Shown one piece after another: positions 48,601 through 61,488 of a stretch of 64,000 bases of DNA. The position numbers and the translations under genes are program-made. The stretch is taken from the NCBI GenBank assembly GCA_964187785.1, contig OZ076409.1, positions 53,322,001-53,386,000 of the forward strand, given 5' to 3'. The notes below the pieces were generated by a model. The model was not told where the DNA came from, ran no database searches, and saw only the letters and a program-made list of their open reading frames with translations. This DNA comes from Amphiscolops sp. MND2022. Lineage: Eukaryota. The number at the start of each line of letters is the position of its first letter. Positions within the stretch are counted from its first letter, which is position 1.

Positions 48601-51600
48601 AGAAGACGTGAAAGAGATTTTTAGTCATTGAAATCATCAAAAAAATTTGGGACTTTTCGACTATATGAAAACAAAATTCTATTCCAGATGGTCAACCCTC
48701 ATTGTTTTTGTAATTGTGTGAAGAAAGCAAAAATAGTCTAAAGGGGAATCTTTCAGATACCTTCAAGGAAAAAAGTTGAAATTAGTAAAGCTTTGAAACA
48801 ATCTGATTTCTTTTGAGAGAGAACTTGAATTAACTAAGTTGAGTAAAAATCCAACTAGATCCGGGATGGAATATCAGACACAAATTCGCATTCAAGCATT
48901 ATAATAATATATCTGTCTGATGAAAATACGGTTCGATTTCTGGATAGAAATAAGCTGGAGAACGTCTCCGGGTCTCGTGGCTTGGGTTTGATGCTACAGA
49001 AGTTGAATGTTGAAACTAAGAACCACTTCCTGATCTATTTGGTTTTCTTTTAGTAGAGCGGATATTTCTTGTTAAGACGATCGATTCGAATTTCAGGTTA
49101 ATGGGTGCTGGCCATGATGTTGATGTCACATTCATTGATTGGTGTGAAACAATTTGAAATTGGTGTGAAAAACATTTGAAACAATGTGATACATTATGTC
49201 GCAATTCCGCATGTCACTTACAAAAAAACTTATGCGATAGGTCCGTAAACGATATTGTATAGTACTTTTAAAAAAACACAGCCGAAAACTTCTGCCTTGA
49301 CTAAGATTCGAGCTACCGAACTAACACTCGCCACGGCGCAAAAAAACGCCTCGATCCGAATTATTGACGTTAAATTTAGTGCATCGGCGCTTCATGAAAT
49401 AAAATGCCACAATTATAGTGACTTTCCGTCGTTTTTTTTTCATCCGGTGGAAGTGACCATTTCATACCGATTGCCAAATTCTTACGAACCTCTCACAGAA
49501 ATATTTGACTTAAAAGGAATACAAAGGGCTCCATGGTCGGGTTTTTCTGGCATTATGACATTTTTGTTTGTGTTTTTCTCAATAAGGAAACGAATTTCGA
49601 GCACGAATCATACTTAGTTTAAAAATATTTTTTCAAACAAAAGGTACCTCTTTTGGATTTTTAGACACTGTGCACTTTTTTGGCAAAAAATTTTATTTCA
49701 TGAATTTCATAAAAAAGTTCTGGACTTAGTTTTTTTTCTGCTTTTTCTGCTGGGTTTTCTCTTGTTTCGGTTTGCTCTTGTTTCTGGTTAGAATGTAAGC
49801 AAAATACCTTTATGACGGGTTACATTAGAGAATCTATCAGGTACAATGTCTGGCTCGAATTGAACATTTTCGGGAAGAGGTATTTCCACTGTTGGAAATT
49901 ATGGAAAAAAATGCATCAAAATTATCCCTCGGAAGATTGTCGACATTTGACGAGAGGTTTTCGATCAGCTTGAGGATCTCTCTGAAGAGTTTTTCCGTTC
50001 CTTTCAATCTTTTAAAAGAGTCTAATTTTATTTCAATTGTATTGTCTGCGGAATTTTTTTCAGTGATTTTTCGGTTCCCCGTATACATTTTAAATAAACG
50101 TCGCTTCGACATTTGTTGTGGGTTTTCTTTGACATTTCGTCTGATGAAAACGATAAAGTTCTTGGAGATATTCAATCGGATTGATTTTTCTCCGAAAACT
50201 GTTGAACTTTAACTTTGAGTCGGGTACTTTTCATTATCACTTGAGAACAATGAAACCTAATTCAGTTCCGCGTCAGGTATTAAACCTTGGGGCTAGACGC
50301 GCGGGGAAGATCGCGCACGTATACTTCACACCTTATTCAGTCCGTCGTCATGACGGTCTTTCTAGAAAGACGGTCTTTCTAGGATAATAAATCAAATTCA
50401 GACACGCTTACCCATCACTCAAGCTTTCAATTTGATCACACTTCCAAGAAAAATGGAACTTCAACTTCCGGCTTGACTCTTCAGTGCGCGTCTCCTCCCG
50501 TTCAATTCATGTCTTTCAGTGACGACGAGGATAGAGTCGGCACTGAAGTACATCAACCAATCTAACTGATCCGAGAAAAAATACAATTGATGAAAACAAT
50601 TCGACAAAGTAATTAAAAGATACACAAAATCAATATTAATATACCTTCTAAAATGATTATTTTAACTGTTTAAAACGTTAATATTTTTTACAGGAGGTTT
50701 GAGTATGTACCAGGTTGGGAAATTACCATCCAAATCCTAAGACCCTTAGTCGTAAAGAGAGAGAGAAAAAAAACACTGTATAATTGTATAGGGATAGCTG
50801 ATGCCAGTATACAATAAGTGTAGATTGATTTATGCTGAAGCATAAATGATTTTTTCAAGTTTTACAGGGCGATAAATCAGGTGAAGCGGAAATCACGCCA
50901 AGTATGAGATGTATGGATAGGCATACGACTACTTTCCAAAGTTAGATGCTTTCTTAGACGACTTTTGAATGTGTGTAGACTTATACTAGTGTCTCTCAAG
51001 TACAACGGTAGTGAGTTCCACTTCGAAGAAGAATGATGAAAGAAAGAACTGAAGAGAGATACATGACTTCCCACGTATATTATCTGATTAGTGCGATTGT
51101 TCCACCTAAAAATTGCCGTAGGTTATTTTAAAGTGCTCTGGAAGGCTTTTTTTAGTATTTTTGAGATATTGGAACAGAAAAATTAGAGATTTCAACTCGA
51201 TAAGTTGTTACCCTGTAAGCCAATTTCCAGCCAGTCTAGACCGAGTAATGGTTGCGTATTTTCATTTTCAGTAACCAGGATTGGTAATGTCTTTTTGCAT
51301 TTCTCCGTCTTCACTTCCACTGTTGCTTCGCCTTTGAATCTGATTGGGTTTTTATTTACGTCTACGAAGCATTTTGTGGTTTTATGCATTTCCAGTGAGT
51401 TGATAATTGGAGGTATTATCGTGACGGGAGATCCTGTGTCGATAATGAATTCTATTGGTTGGCCTTGGACCAAAAGGATCGCTTTATAAAAGTCAACTCG
51501 GTTGATACCGTTGACTAGTTGAATATGGTCTATTTCTGGCCATGATTCGGTTTCGCTGTCCGATGTTTGCATTTCTTTTATCCGGCTCACGGTTTTGGAT

Positions 51601-54600
51601 TTGCAAAATGTCCCATCTTCTTGCAGTTATTGCATTGTGCTTTCCGTGATGGACAACAATGCTCCAATGACCAACTAGGCTTACCGCAGAAATGACAGTT
51701 GCGGTTGGATGTTTTGTTCTTGCCGTTGTCGATAGTTTTTCATACCCGGGCTGGACGTGTGTAGGCAATTTGTTCTCCGCTGGATGAGCTGTCGGATGGT
51801 GGTCTCCGGTGTTTTTTGTTTGATTTCTTGTCTCCGTACGTGCGGTTGTAATTATGCTGTTCGATGGTTTCGAGTACTGTCTGCAATTTCAACGGTCCTT
51901 GTATGAACTTGTCTCGTGCCTTTTTGTCATTAATTGTTGCTGCAAATTTGTACGTTATGATCTCTTCCGGTGTTATTCTGTTGAATTCACACTTTCTTTC
52001 AATGTCTACTAGACGTTTCCAATATTCGTCCAGAGTTTCGTTATCGTCTTGTTTAATGTTGAAAAATTGTGCGCGGCTGTGGAATACATTCCTGGCTGGT
52101 ATAAATGTCTTCTTGAAAAGTTTCAGTAATTCTTGGAGGTCAACATCTTTTAATTCTCTGCCCCATTGGCCTCTCATGATCTCATGTTTGGCTTTTAGGC
52201 CTAACGCCCAGATTACGTCCCCCTTGATGTGGAATGTGGTGTGTTGATCCATCTGGTCGGCGCCTTGTTCCATGATATCATCGAGGTTGCGGTTGTATGT
52301 GAGGTGTATGTACTCAGATATCTGCTCCCACCACATGCGTGGGTTTGTTTTGGACAAATCAGTCTCTCTATCCGACAAGATTGGGATCTTGTATTTGTTC
52401 TTTTCCGCTTTATCCGCGGTTGTCTGGTTCATCATTGACTGGTTCATGGTGTTCTGGGTGGGTTGTGCCGATGAATTCAGGTCCAGTTGTTCGGTTTGGC
52501 TATCCATTTTAATTTGCTGACTGCGCCATAAAATAGACTAAGGAAGAGGTAAGTTGAATTAAAATCGTATGACTAGACTGTAACAAAGTTAATACGTAGT
52601 ATGTAGCATCGAAGTTCCAGAGTTCTTCACTGAGATTGTGGGAGGTACTTCTGAACTTAATTGTGTCACTAGTGACCTCTTCACTACAGTTGCTTTATTC
52701 CAATTATTTTCTTTTTTTTTCTCTCAGATCACTCGATGATTTAAAGCTCGAACGGAAGTAGACAGATTTAATGCCCAGTTCATCTGTTTCTCAAGGGAGA
52801 GTAAAAGAGGGGATATTTGAGTGAAAAAAATTGCAGAGTATTCGAAATGACTTATTATTAGCGCGTGGAAAAGCATGACTAAGACTGTGGTCGGAAATTT
52901 GTGTTGTAAAGATTCAATAATTTTTATTCAAACTGCCATGTTTTTTAGAACCTTTTTTATAACCCGGGCGCCACAGCATAAATTTTTTATACTCAATAAA
53001 AGATGAACATTACAACACCTTTATTCAATTATAACAAGAATAAAAAGCACCAGCGTATTCGTACTGATTATGTACCACAGTTTAGTCCTGATTTCACATA
53101 CTGTTAATACTGAATAATATAGATAGTCTGAAACCACAAGTTTGACAAACTGCGCATCACATTTTGGTTTTTCAACCGAATTTTAGCCAGGTATCGACAC
53201 GTTTACTCGAAAAATAGATGCTAGACCACTGCCTTGTACGTGGATTGCAGCTTGAATTTTGAAGGTGTGTCAACCTCGTTTTGTTGCTTTTTGGATTTTC
53301 CACTTCTACTACTCATTATTATTATTATTAAACAAGTTATTTGTATTAATTTTGCTCCTCTACCGCATAACAATCAAAGTTTGGAGTTTGCTGCTTAGGT
53401 CACATACAATCTAGGTCTCGCAGTTCTCTCCTCAAAATCCTGTCATTGTTTCGCCGCTGTTCTGACATCATAATGGAGCCTGGGATATCTACCAATGTTT
53501 TGATTTTTTGGCTTGGTGGGATTTTTTGGGATCTCAGAAAAAGGTACTCGCTTTGTTGGTGAGAATAAACAAAAAAACCTTTAAAGCCCATTTGGGCCCT
53601 CATTTGGATTCTTTGAAGTGATAAGAAAAAGAAATTTCATTTGAAAGAGAATCCTTGACTTGACGCTTTGAAGTACGTTTGCTGTTTTTGAGTATCAAGC
53701 GTGGCGGCGACTCATGCCGTGCCCGGCTTGTTACAGTGTCCGTTGATAACCTAAAAAATTGGGACGGGAATGGGTTTAGAACGCTCGTCCTCGGCTTTCC
53801 TATACCAATGCTCGTAATCACTGTGTCGACGAAGAAAAAATTCCGTGATGCAAAAACTTCTTAAAAGGATCAATATGACGGAAAAATGTCAAAATGTGTT
53901 TTTGCCTGTTTATAAATTTCCCACAAATGCCGATTGACATTACTGTTTTGGCTCAGTCAGAAAGCTTAAGCTTGTTTGTTAGACATAGATCATACAGTTC
54001 AATCTTCGTGAAATGAATGTGTTGAACTTGTAATAAATCGGAAGCGTGATCTGCAAGGAGTTTTTGGGTGCTTCTTCCTCGGATAGATGGGAATTACACT
54101 GAATCAGTTACTAATTCGGTGACTGCTAAGTCTCGTAGTTGAAAAGTCAAAGCACAGTTGTGCTTGCTAAGCTGAGCGTGTTTCGCATGGCAAAAAAGCA
54201 CAGGACATCAGTTTGAGACCTTACACCTGAACATGAATATCCCAACTCGAACGCCTGCGCGGTGTTGCAAAGCGGCCATTTGACTCACACTGCCCGGATC
54301 CTTTACAAACCTTGTATCTGTTCGTTCTTCAGATCTTGTTATTTCCATGTTCTCAATTTTTTATAATAAGTGTTTCCTATATCGTTTTTCAATTAATTTG
54401 AAGCCTGAAGAAAATGGTTTTCCTAGAGCATGTTTTCCCTTTGTTTTGGGTCAAGTATTTCATTGGGCTTTAGACGTAAACAGTAAACGAGGATGCCCAC
54501 AACGTATAGGTCTTTGTAAACTCTTGCATGTTCTTGTAGGTCACTGTAGCTCAGACATTTTGATTCATAGTAACACCTGTTCAGAATTGCTGTTACAACT

Positions 54601-57600
54601 AAATTTCGGGTTTCTGAACGTTTTCCAATTGTTTTTGACAGGGTTCGGAAAAAACAAGATTCTGTAAAAAAACTTTGCTTTAAAGGTTTTAATCATAAAA
54701 ATTGCTTGTAAAAACATGTCGAAAACTCGAAATCTCAATTTGAATTCATGAACACAGAAATCTAAAACATATAAAATCTAAAGCTCTAAACTGAAAATCA
54801 CTGCGAAAGTCTGAGAGAAAATGCCAGTTTGTTGGCTTTTTATATTGAGAGACGTTGCGTGTTTCATCATGCACGAATCCGAGGCTACTGAACATGCGTT
54901 CCAGGACTGCTGAGCTGGGATTTAGGAAGAGAACATCCTCAGCAATTTTTTTGCAATTCTTTCGAAAAATTATCAAGTGAAAATTATTGTCCTTTAATGA
55001 TTTTGAATGAATCGCATTCAAAGTCATATTCGGCTTTAATCAACTCGTTTTCTCCTCCAATAAAATTCATAATGCTAACTTTAGAATTGGGATACCTGTT
55101 CTTTAACCAGTTGACACCCTTGTGAAATTCAGACTATGTCAAGTTTGCACATACGAAACCTGGGTGAATAATGTTTGCAGCGAACCAAACTTCCACGACT
55201 GACGCAATATAGCAGTTTTAGCAGCTTCTAGCCGTTCTCGCCCGTCATCCATAGCGCGATATGTATCCAAATGTGTTTTCCACAATTTCACCGCCATCGC
55301 CACACTGTAATCATTTCCTTGAATGACATTTAAAGTTGTTGAAATTGGTTCAAGCATTTAACAGCATCTTCAACGTTTTTGAAAATAAATACGTCATTTA
55401 TGATATTTTTAACTTCTTTTCCGGCATCCGTACTGAACTCTGCCTGTTGTTCAGTAAAAATTTCTTTCGAGGCTCTCCAATTTTTGGTAAACCATTCAAG
55501 TGCTGAAATTCCACTATTCCACCCAACATCACTCTGTTCGGTGGGGTTTGGTGGTATCCTGTTTTTCGTTTAAATACGCATGTGGTAATTGACAATTACG
55601 AAAATGCTTTGCGCTTTGAATAAATCTTTTCATAATACCAGTTGGATCAAATTCTTTTGCCAATAAACTTAGTAAATGAGTCCCCCATCCATATGCGATA
55701 GTACCTGGCGACTTGTTGGTAACAAGGGTGGGTGCGCAACTTGTTCATGTTTTCCCCTGTGTTGGTAACAAGGGAATAAACTATACATTCGTGTTCATTC
55801 TGAACTTCCAAAATAACATCTTTGGGTATTTGACACTCACCTGTATGTTTATTCCCGCCCACGTTTATTCATTTGACCACCCATGGACACAAAGTGTCGC
55901 AAGTGTGTTTTTCGAATTAGATTAATCGGTTTTCCTCAAATCATTATAGACTTCGTCATGAAGTGGCCCCCCGATAGATTTTGAATTGGGTGGTTTATAG
56001 CCAGGATGCAACATATTAACCATCTTTTTAAATTCAGTAGAATCAGCTGCACGAAAAGGCAGGTTTGAACCATAAACGAATCGGGCAATCTCGAAGTTTC
56101 GACAACAAAGTTCTCCATTTTTGTTTGACGGCTTGTTGTAGTCATTTCGGTTTCTTCAGCTTTATGGGGTTCCTCAAAATGATTTTTCATTCTCTCCACA
56201 ACTGCCGCTTTCTCCCAAGTACAATGTTTGCATTTGGCTTTTACCATCTGATCGTTCAAATTCGAACCAAATTGCGTCTCGTTTTCTTCCAGTAATGACA
56301 ATTGGAGATGGCATTCGTATCTGAAAATGACAAACTTTAAATTTCAGCCATGTTTCAAACGTGTTTGAAACATGTTTAAAACGTGTTTAAAACAACTTTT
56401 GTTTTAATAATGCGAACCCTAGTTTTTGATAAGTTAGCTGCAACTTAGAAGCCCCCGTGTGATCTGAGCTAACCCTTGTACATTTTCATGAAGTTATTCA
56501 CTTCTTTCTTACACCTTCTCAGCTGTAATAGCCTTTTGTATTGTGTCTATTGAAGTTGTTTCCGTTTGGTTAGTTCGAGCAACTTGATTCCGTCCACTAT
56601 TTAGGAATAGTGTTCTTGTTTGTGGCAATATTAGTTGTTAGACTAAATACACCATTTGAACATAAGGCCAAATGGGACCCAAATGTGCCTCAGTAATAAT
56701 ATTGAGTATTTTCTTTGAAGTACTTGTGACTGAAATAAGTAAGTTTCATGACACCATTGATCGAACCTTCTGCTCTCGTGAGATTCCAAACAAAACGACA
56801 TGATTTGACTAGGAAGCATTCGATTCCACGCATCAAACAATTGATAGCAGCGAACTGGAGTTTCTGTGGAACTGAATGAAAAGCTTGAAACATCCGAACC
56901 GAAGAAGTTGTGGAATTGGATGGAACGAGTTGATATTTTATAGCAGCCTCAAAACTGAGATACAGTTACTGTTATAGGAACAAAATTTAGCAGTTGATAC
57001 ATTCTTTCTCTTTTTGAAAGAAACGCAAATCTCACATTCTTGTAAACTGTTTCTTCAGCTGTTACTGAAAGGTTCTTTTTCAAAAGATTTCAAATAAAAT
57101 TTCGATTTTGTATAGATATGAGGAACGTCTTCATTGGAGAAGTAAGTAGACTTCAAAAGTTTTGTATAACGTAATTGGTTGGATGTTGATGCAAAAGAAT
57201 GGCTTTTTCGAGGTTTTCAGGTATGAATTATCTTTGAGCCCAAATAGTACCCCAAAGGTGGATAGTGGGATTCTGCATATTTAATCAAATTTCCGCTTTT
57301 TGAGCGGGGTGACGATGTGAGGCCGTCCACGCTTTTTTGTGAGTATTCACGTGCTAATGAACTAATTCATTAGCTGTTGAAAACTAAATAGAAACAAGCG
57401 CAATGTGGTGGCATTTCTGCCGAACGCTAAAGGATACCACAATTTTTTGGCAGGACATTTTTCGGCAGCTGATCTGGTGGAAAAAGACCTAAAATCGTTT
57501 TTCTGATAGAGTAAGATCTAAAATCACTGTATTTTGATGGAATAAGTCCCAAAATTGGACTGGGTCGATGCCAACCGGGGCTAGATACTGGTTTATTACC

Positions 57601-60591
57601 GGTGGAGCCATCAGTGGCCTGCGGTGAATTTATAAATGTCCACCGGTGGGATCAAAATTTTGATCTCATTGGTGGCCACCGCCAAAGCTGCGGATGTCAC
57701 CTCAGTGATCCACCGATGGGACTCCGGTGGATCATCGGTGACCACCAGTGGACTGCGATTGGTTGCCAACCCGGAATAGTAAAATCTACAAGTCAGTAGT
57801 CTTTATGTTGAGGTGAATAGAGTTTGGCTTCAATCATATTCATACACATTTTTGAGTTTTTATGAGATAAAAATCTGCCCACTATCGTTCAGAGCCGATA
57901 GGAGAGTTGCTGCTTGCAGTATAGATATACCCGTACTGCGATTCCATATCATTCCGTCCGTTGCCATGTTTGGTCTCTGGGAGTTCCATCCCTATCCAGA
58001 TCGGGTTTACCAATGGTACCTTGAACTAGCCCTGGCTAGAGATGGAAAACCTTTGGGTCTCAGTACGAATAATACATATTTGGGTCCTCACTTCGGGTTC
58101 AGTTCCGGATTTGGGACAAGCATACCAAAATGTCTGATCATCAGACATTTTGGTATGCTCGTCCCAAATCCGGAACTGAACCCAAAGTGAGGACCCAAAT
58201 ATGTATTGGGACGTAAAGAGAGACAATAAAGGACGTAAAGAGAGGCAAAAAAATTGGCGTACTGGAGATGATGATCATCTCCTGTACGCCATTTTTATTG
58301 CCTCTGCTTCAACTATGAAAGCGAATCATTAAAAATTGACATAAGAATACGCAAGGAAATAAATCTTTGGTACCACCGTCTACAGAACATCTGCCGGTTG
58401 CCAACATTAAGAAAGGTTTTCGGAGAAAACCAAGTAAAAAGCCCTCCCCTTGCTTACACGTGCTCATCAATCAAATGTATATACTCATAAATGGGATATG
58501 GTAATAAACAAAAAGGATATGGTGATAAACAATACAGTGAATACGACCTAACATGTCTTCACGTGGGATTATAGACTAATTATCGGCATGCCGATAATTA
58601 GTCTATAATCCCACGTGAAGACATGTTAGGTCGTATTCACTGTATTGTTTATCACCATATCCTTTTTGTTTATTACCATATCACTGCAGTCACTCTGAAA
58701 ATCTTTGAAGAGGTGAAAAGGAAAAATCTATCTGCGAAAAAACACAAGCAAAATGTGGAATTACTTCGGAATCGTTTCCAATTTCGAATTCGAAAGTGGA
58801 AACCAGTCTGAAAAAATTCTAAATTCTGTTTGCACTTTTAGGTCTTTAAGCTACAATAGTCAAAATAGATAGAACAAACACAATTAGAAGCGAACTAAAA
58901 TAAAAACAGTTTAGATATTTTCAACTCCCAATTTTGCCGTGACCAAACAAACTCATGTGTCTTTTCAATGCTTCAAGTTATAACTGAGGTTGAAAAACCT
59001 ATAGCTACCGTCCTGTTATACTGAAAAAATCTATCAAAATCATGGCACCAATTTATGTGGAAACCCAGAACTGTTTGAGTATCTTTTGATTAAAATACCG
59101 TAGATCGGGAGAAAATCTATGGGACTTGGATATAGTCTATGGAGTTTCTTGTCAATATTAAACATTGTTCCCCTACAGCGAAGTGTTCTTATAGTCAATT
59201 GACAACTGCTGTATGTTTTTTTCTTCAAATATAATTTATTGAGTTTGTGATATTACAGTAATCAAACATCCTATTCAAACATGTAGTAATCAAACTTCCT
59301 AGTAATCATCCTGTATTCATCCTTTATTCATCGAACATGTAGTAATCAAACATCATATTCATTTTATTGCAGGTATGACAAAACTCTGCGTCCCAATTTC
59401 GGGGGCAATGCGGTCAAAGTGGGAATCACAATGAATCTCGACAGTTTGGGGCCAATAGACGAGGTCAACATGAATTTCCGGGTCGACATTTCGTTCCGAC
59501 AGTTCTGGAGGGACTCGCGTCTCGACTTTAGCCTCTATGACGAGCTCGATTACCAGGAGAACTTAACACTCTCTCATGAATTCCTGGAAAAGGTTTGTGG
59601 CTGCAGCTAGTGTATAGGCTTTGCTTTGAAAAACTAAAATGGGATATCTTGTTTATGGCACTAGATGCTACCGAGCGAAAAGTAGGATTGAACTTAAAAT
59701 TGGATAAACTTTTTTGCTATCTACTGCTGGTATGCTTGAAACTTTATTTTAGCACTCTTGTGATCATAACGAAGTTCTAGTGGTTGCTTTCTTTGAAATT
59801 CAATACTACGCTTTGATGAAAAGATTCCTTATATGAAAGTATCAAAAGTATTCAATAAAAAAGTAATATAAACGTCGGCAAAGAATAATGTCTTTGATAT
59901 TTCTCAAAAAAACTATCGATTTTAATGACAATTGAATAACCTGATACAGTTGTTGAATTGGTCATGTGAATGCTTTTAGAACATCGTTCCAAAACAGTTT
60001 CATCAGCTTGAAAGCGTTTGAATGTCAATCGTTGCATTTGAAGTATTGAGAATTGATGAATATTTTACCAACGAAATATACACTAACTACAATGTTTTTG
60101 ATTCTGAATTCTCCGATATGCCATTATCTGCAAACTGAAACGCAGTAACCGCTGTTTTTGTTTTTTTTTGTTGCATACTGACGTTGTTTAATGAAAGCTT
60201 TGAATTTAAGAATATTTGGTCCCTTGGGAAAAATACCCGGAGAAAGAGTTCTTGAAAGTAAATTTGGTTTCTGAAAAAATCAAAAAAATCGAAAATTTAA
60301 AAAAAAGCAATTTTGAAAAAAAATTGAGTGTGTTTCAGATCTGGGTGCCAGATACTTATTTTCCGGATTCTCTGGAAGCATCCAGGCAGGATGTGATGGT
60401 GCCAAACGTCCTCATCAGACTGTCCCCTGACGGGAGCATCTTATATTCGTCCAGGGTGACTGTCATTACCAAGTGCCCAATGGAACTGGGTGCCTTTCCC
60501 CTTGACTCTCAGACTTGTTATCTTAGACTTGAGTGCTACGGGTACACAGCCGAGGAGCTCAAGTTGTATTGGTACATGGGTACCGAGTCAG
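45690..60591 (+). CDS. Cys-loop ligand-gated ion channel subunit, GABA-A/glycine-receptor-like (exons 45690-45913, 59373-59592, 60339-60591; 3' partial)
   Basis: Signal peptide in exon 1 and GT/AG junctions with consistent phases (2, 0). Motifs YDKTLRP, IDEVNMNF, FRQFWRDSRL, IWVPDTYF, Cys-loop CPMELGAFPLDSQTC and ECYGY. Confidence 0.92.
46685..48482 (+). mobile_element. Cluster of nested HINE/DINE-1-like elements (inner ~47500-48042, middle ~47444-48455, outer remnant to 48482)
   Basis: Stacked TTTTTAGTCGGCGC starts at 47444 and 47500. Stacked GGCGCCGACTT...CTTGTT ends at 48042, 48455 and 48482. The outer 5' boundary is approximate. Confidence 0.8.
50820..51110 (-). mobile_element. 3' fragment of a non-LTR retrotransposon (CR1/L2-like)
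   Basis: SSFFHHSSSKWNSLP...SLHTFKSRLRKHL is the typical ORF2 C-terminal motif. Confidence 0.7.
51192..52530 (-). mobile_element. Truncated Ty3/Gypsy element: PBS, gag, protease
   Basis: PBS TGGCGCAGTCAGC (tRNA-Ser type) at ~52516-52528. gag ORF 51740-52507 (RAQFFNIKQDDNETLDEYWKRL..C.F), Cys/His knuckles, and protease FIIDTGSPVTII. Confidence 0.88.
53480..53732 (+). mobile_element. Degenerate HINE/DINE-1-like fragment
   Basis: Ends GGCGGCGACTCATGCCGTGCCCGGCTTGTT and its reverse complement matches the start of 15380-15460. Confidence 0.55.
54639..56421 (-). mobile_element. Degenerate hAT transposon with perfect 8-bp TSD
   Basis: TIR CAGGGTTCG / CGAACCCTA flanked by GTTTTTGA on both sides (54631-54638, 56422-56429). 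BED-like AKCKHC..H, LEPISTTLNVIQG, and dimerisation motif PSSAVLERMFSSLG. Confidence 0.92.
58071..58207. repeat. 137-bp palindrome (68-bp arms, 2 mismatches, 1-nt loop), probable MITE
   Basis: AATACATATTTGGG...TGTCTGAT c ATCAGACA...CCCAAATATGTATT. Confidence 0.9.
58241..58305. repeat. 65-bp imperfect palindrome
   Basis: AGAGGCAA..GGCGTAC.GGAGATGAT g ATCATCTCC.GTACGCC..TTGCCTCT. Confidence 0.8.
58495..58682. repeat. Perfect 188-bp palindrome with no loop
   Basis: The 94-bp arms are exact reverse complements around GGCA|TGCC (58588/58589). Confidence 0.95.
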
Positions 60592-61340
60592 GTCAGACAG
60601 ATTTTCATCGCATTTATTGTCATTTAATCAGAAAACAAATGACATTATTGAAAACTTGAGAAATTATTATCATCTGGGCACAGTCATTGTCAATTTTATG
60701 TTAAAGAAGCCGAATTAAAGACAATCATTAGTCTCTCGAAAAACGGACGAAAGTCAAAGGCCTCCAACGTGTTGAAAAATGCAAAAACGTGGGGGTGCCT
60801 TTTCAAATGAAATAATGCTCGAGACTAATAGTGTTGTAGTTCTTTAATGCATACATACGCCCGAATGGATATCCAATCTAAATAGTAATAATCCAAAAAA
60901 TGACCGCGAAAATCTCAAAGCTAATGCAATTACTCAAATGAAATTGCTATAGCACGTGGAAAGACAACTGTGGGTCATGAACAGAAATAGCTAATTACCC
61001 GATATGTCAGAAAATCGTAGGTTTGAGTAAATATCTAGTTCATTTTGTATGAAATCATTTTTTATGCTGAATTTTTATTTTGTGAAATTTTTTGCCATAT
61101 TCCATAAGGCAATGAAAAATGAATTTCTCACATTCATTTTTCCAAAAATTTGTCATGTCCCAATTTGAAACTCAAAAGGTCGTATTTTGTGCTGTTTTGA
61201 AAAAAGAAGTAACTTTTTGAATAAAAGCACGTAATTTGAAAAGAAGGAAGTACTACACCCAATCCGTTGTTTCAATTTCCCTTTTATGGAATTTTGTACG
61301 ATTTTTCAATGTTTTCGTGAGTATGGACGTCCAAAAAATC

Positions 61341-61488
61341 CTAAGTTTATCGGAAAATTTCAGAGCTCTCTATGAAAATATACAGTAAGTAACTAAGGTT
61401 TCAGTCATTGGTTTGGTACCAATGACTGAAACCTTAGCGACTTAGCATACATTTTTATCGAGAGCTCTGAAGTTTTTCGATTAACTTA
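61341..61488. repeat. Imperfect ~150-bp palindrome / MITE
   Basis: Perfect inner arms CTAAGGTTTCAGTCATTGGT / ACCAATGACTGAAACCTTAG (61393-61437) plus outer TTCAGAGCTCTC / GAGAGCTCTGAA. Confidence 0.75.
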
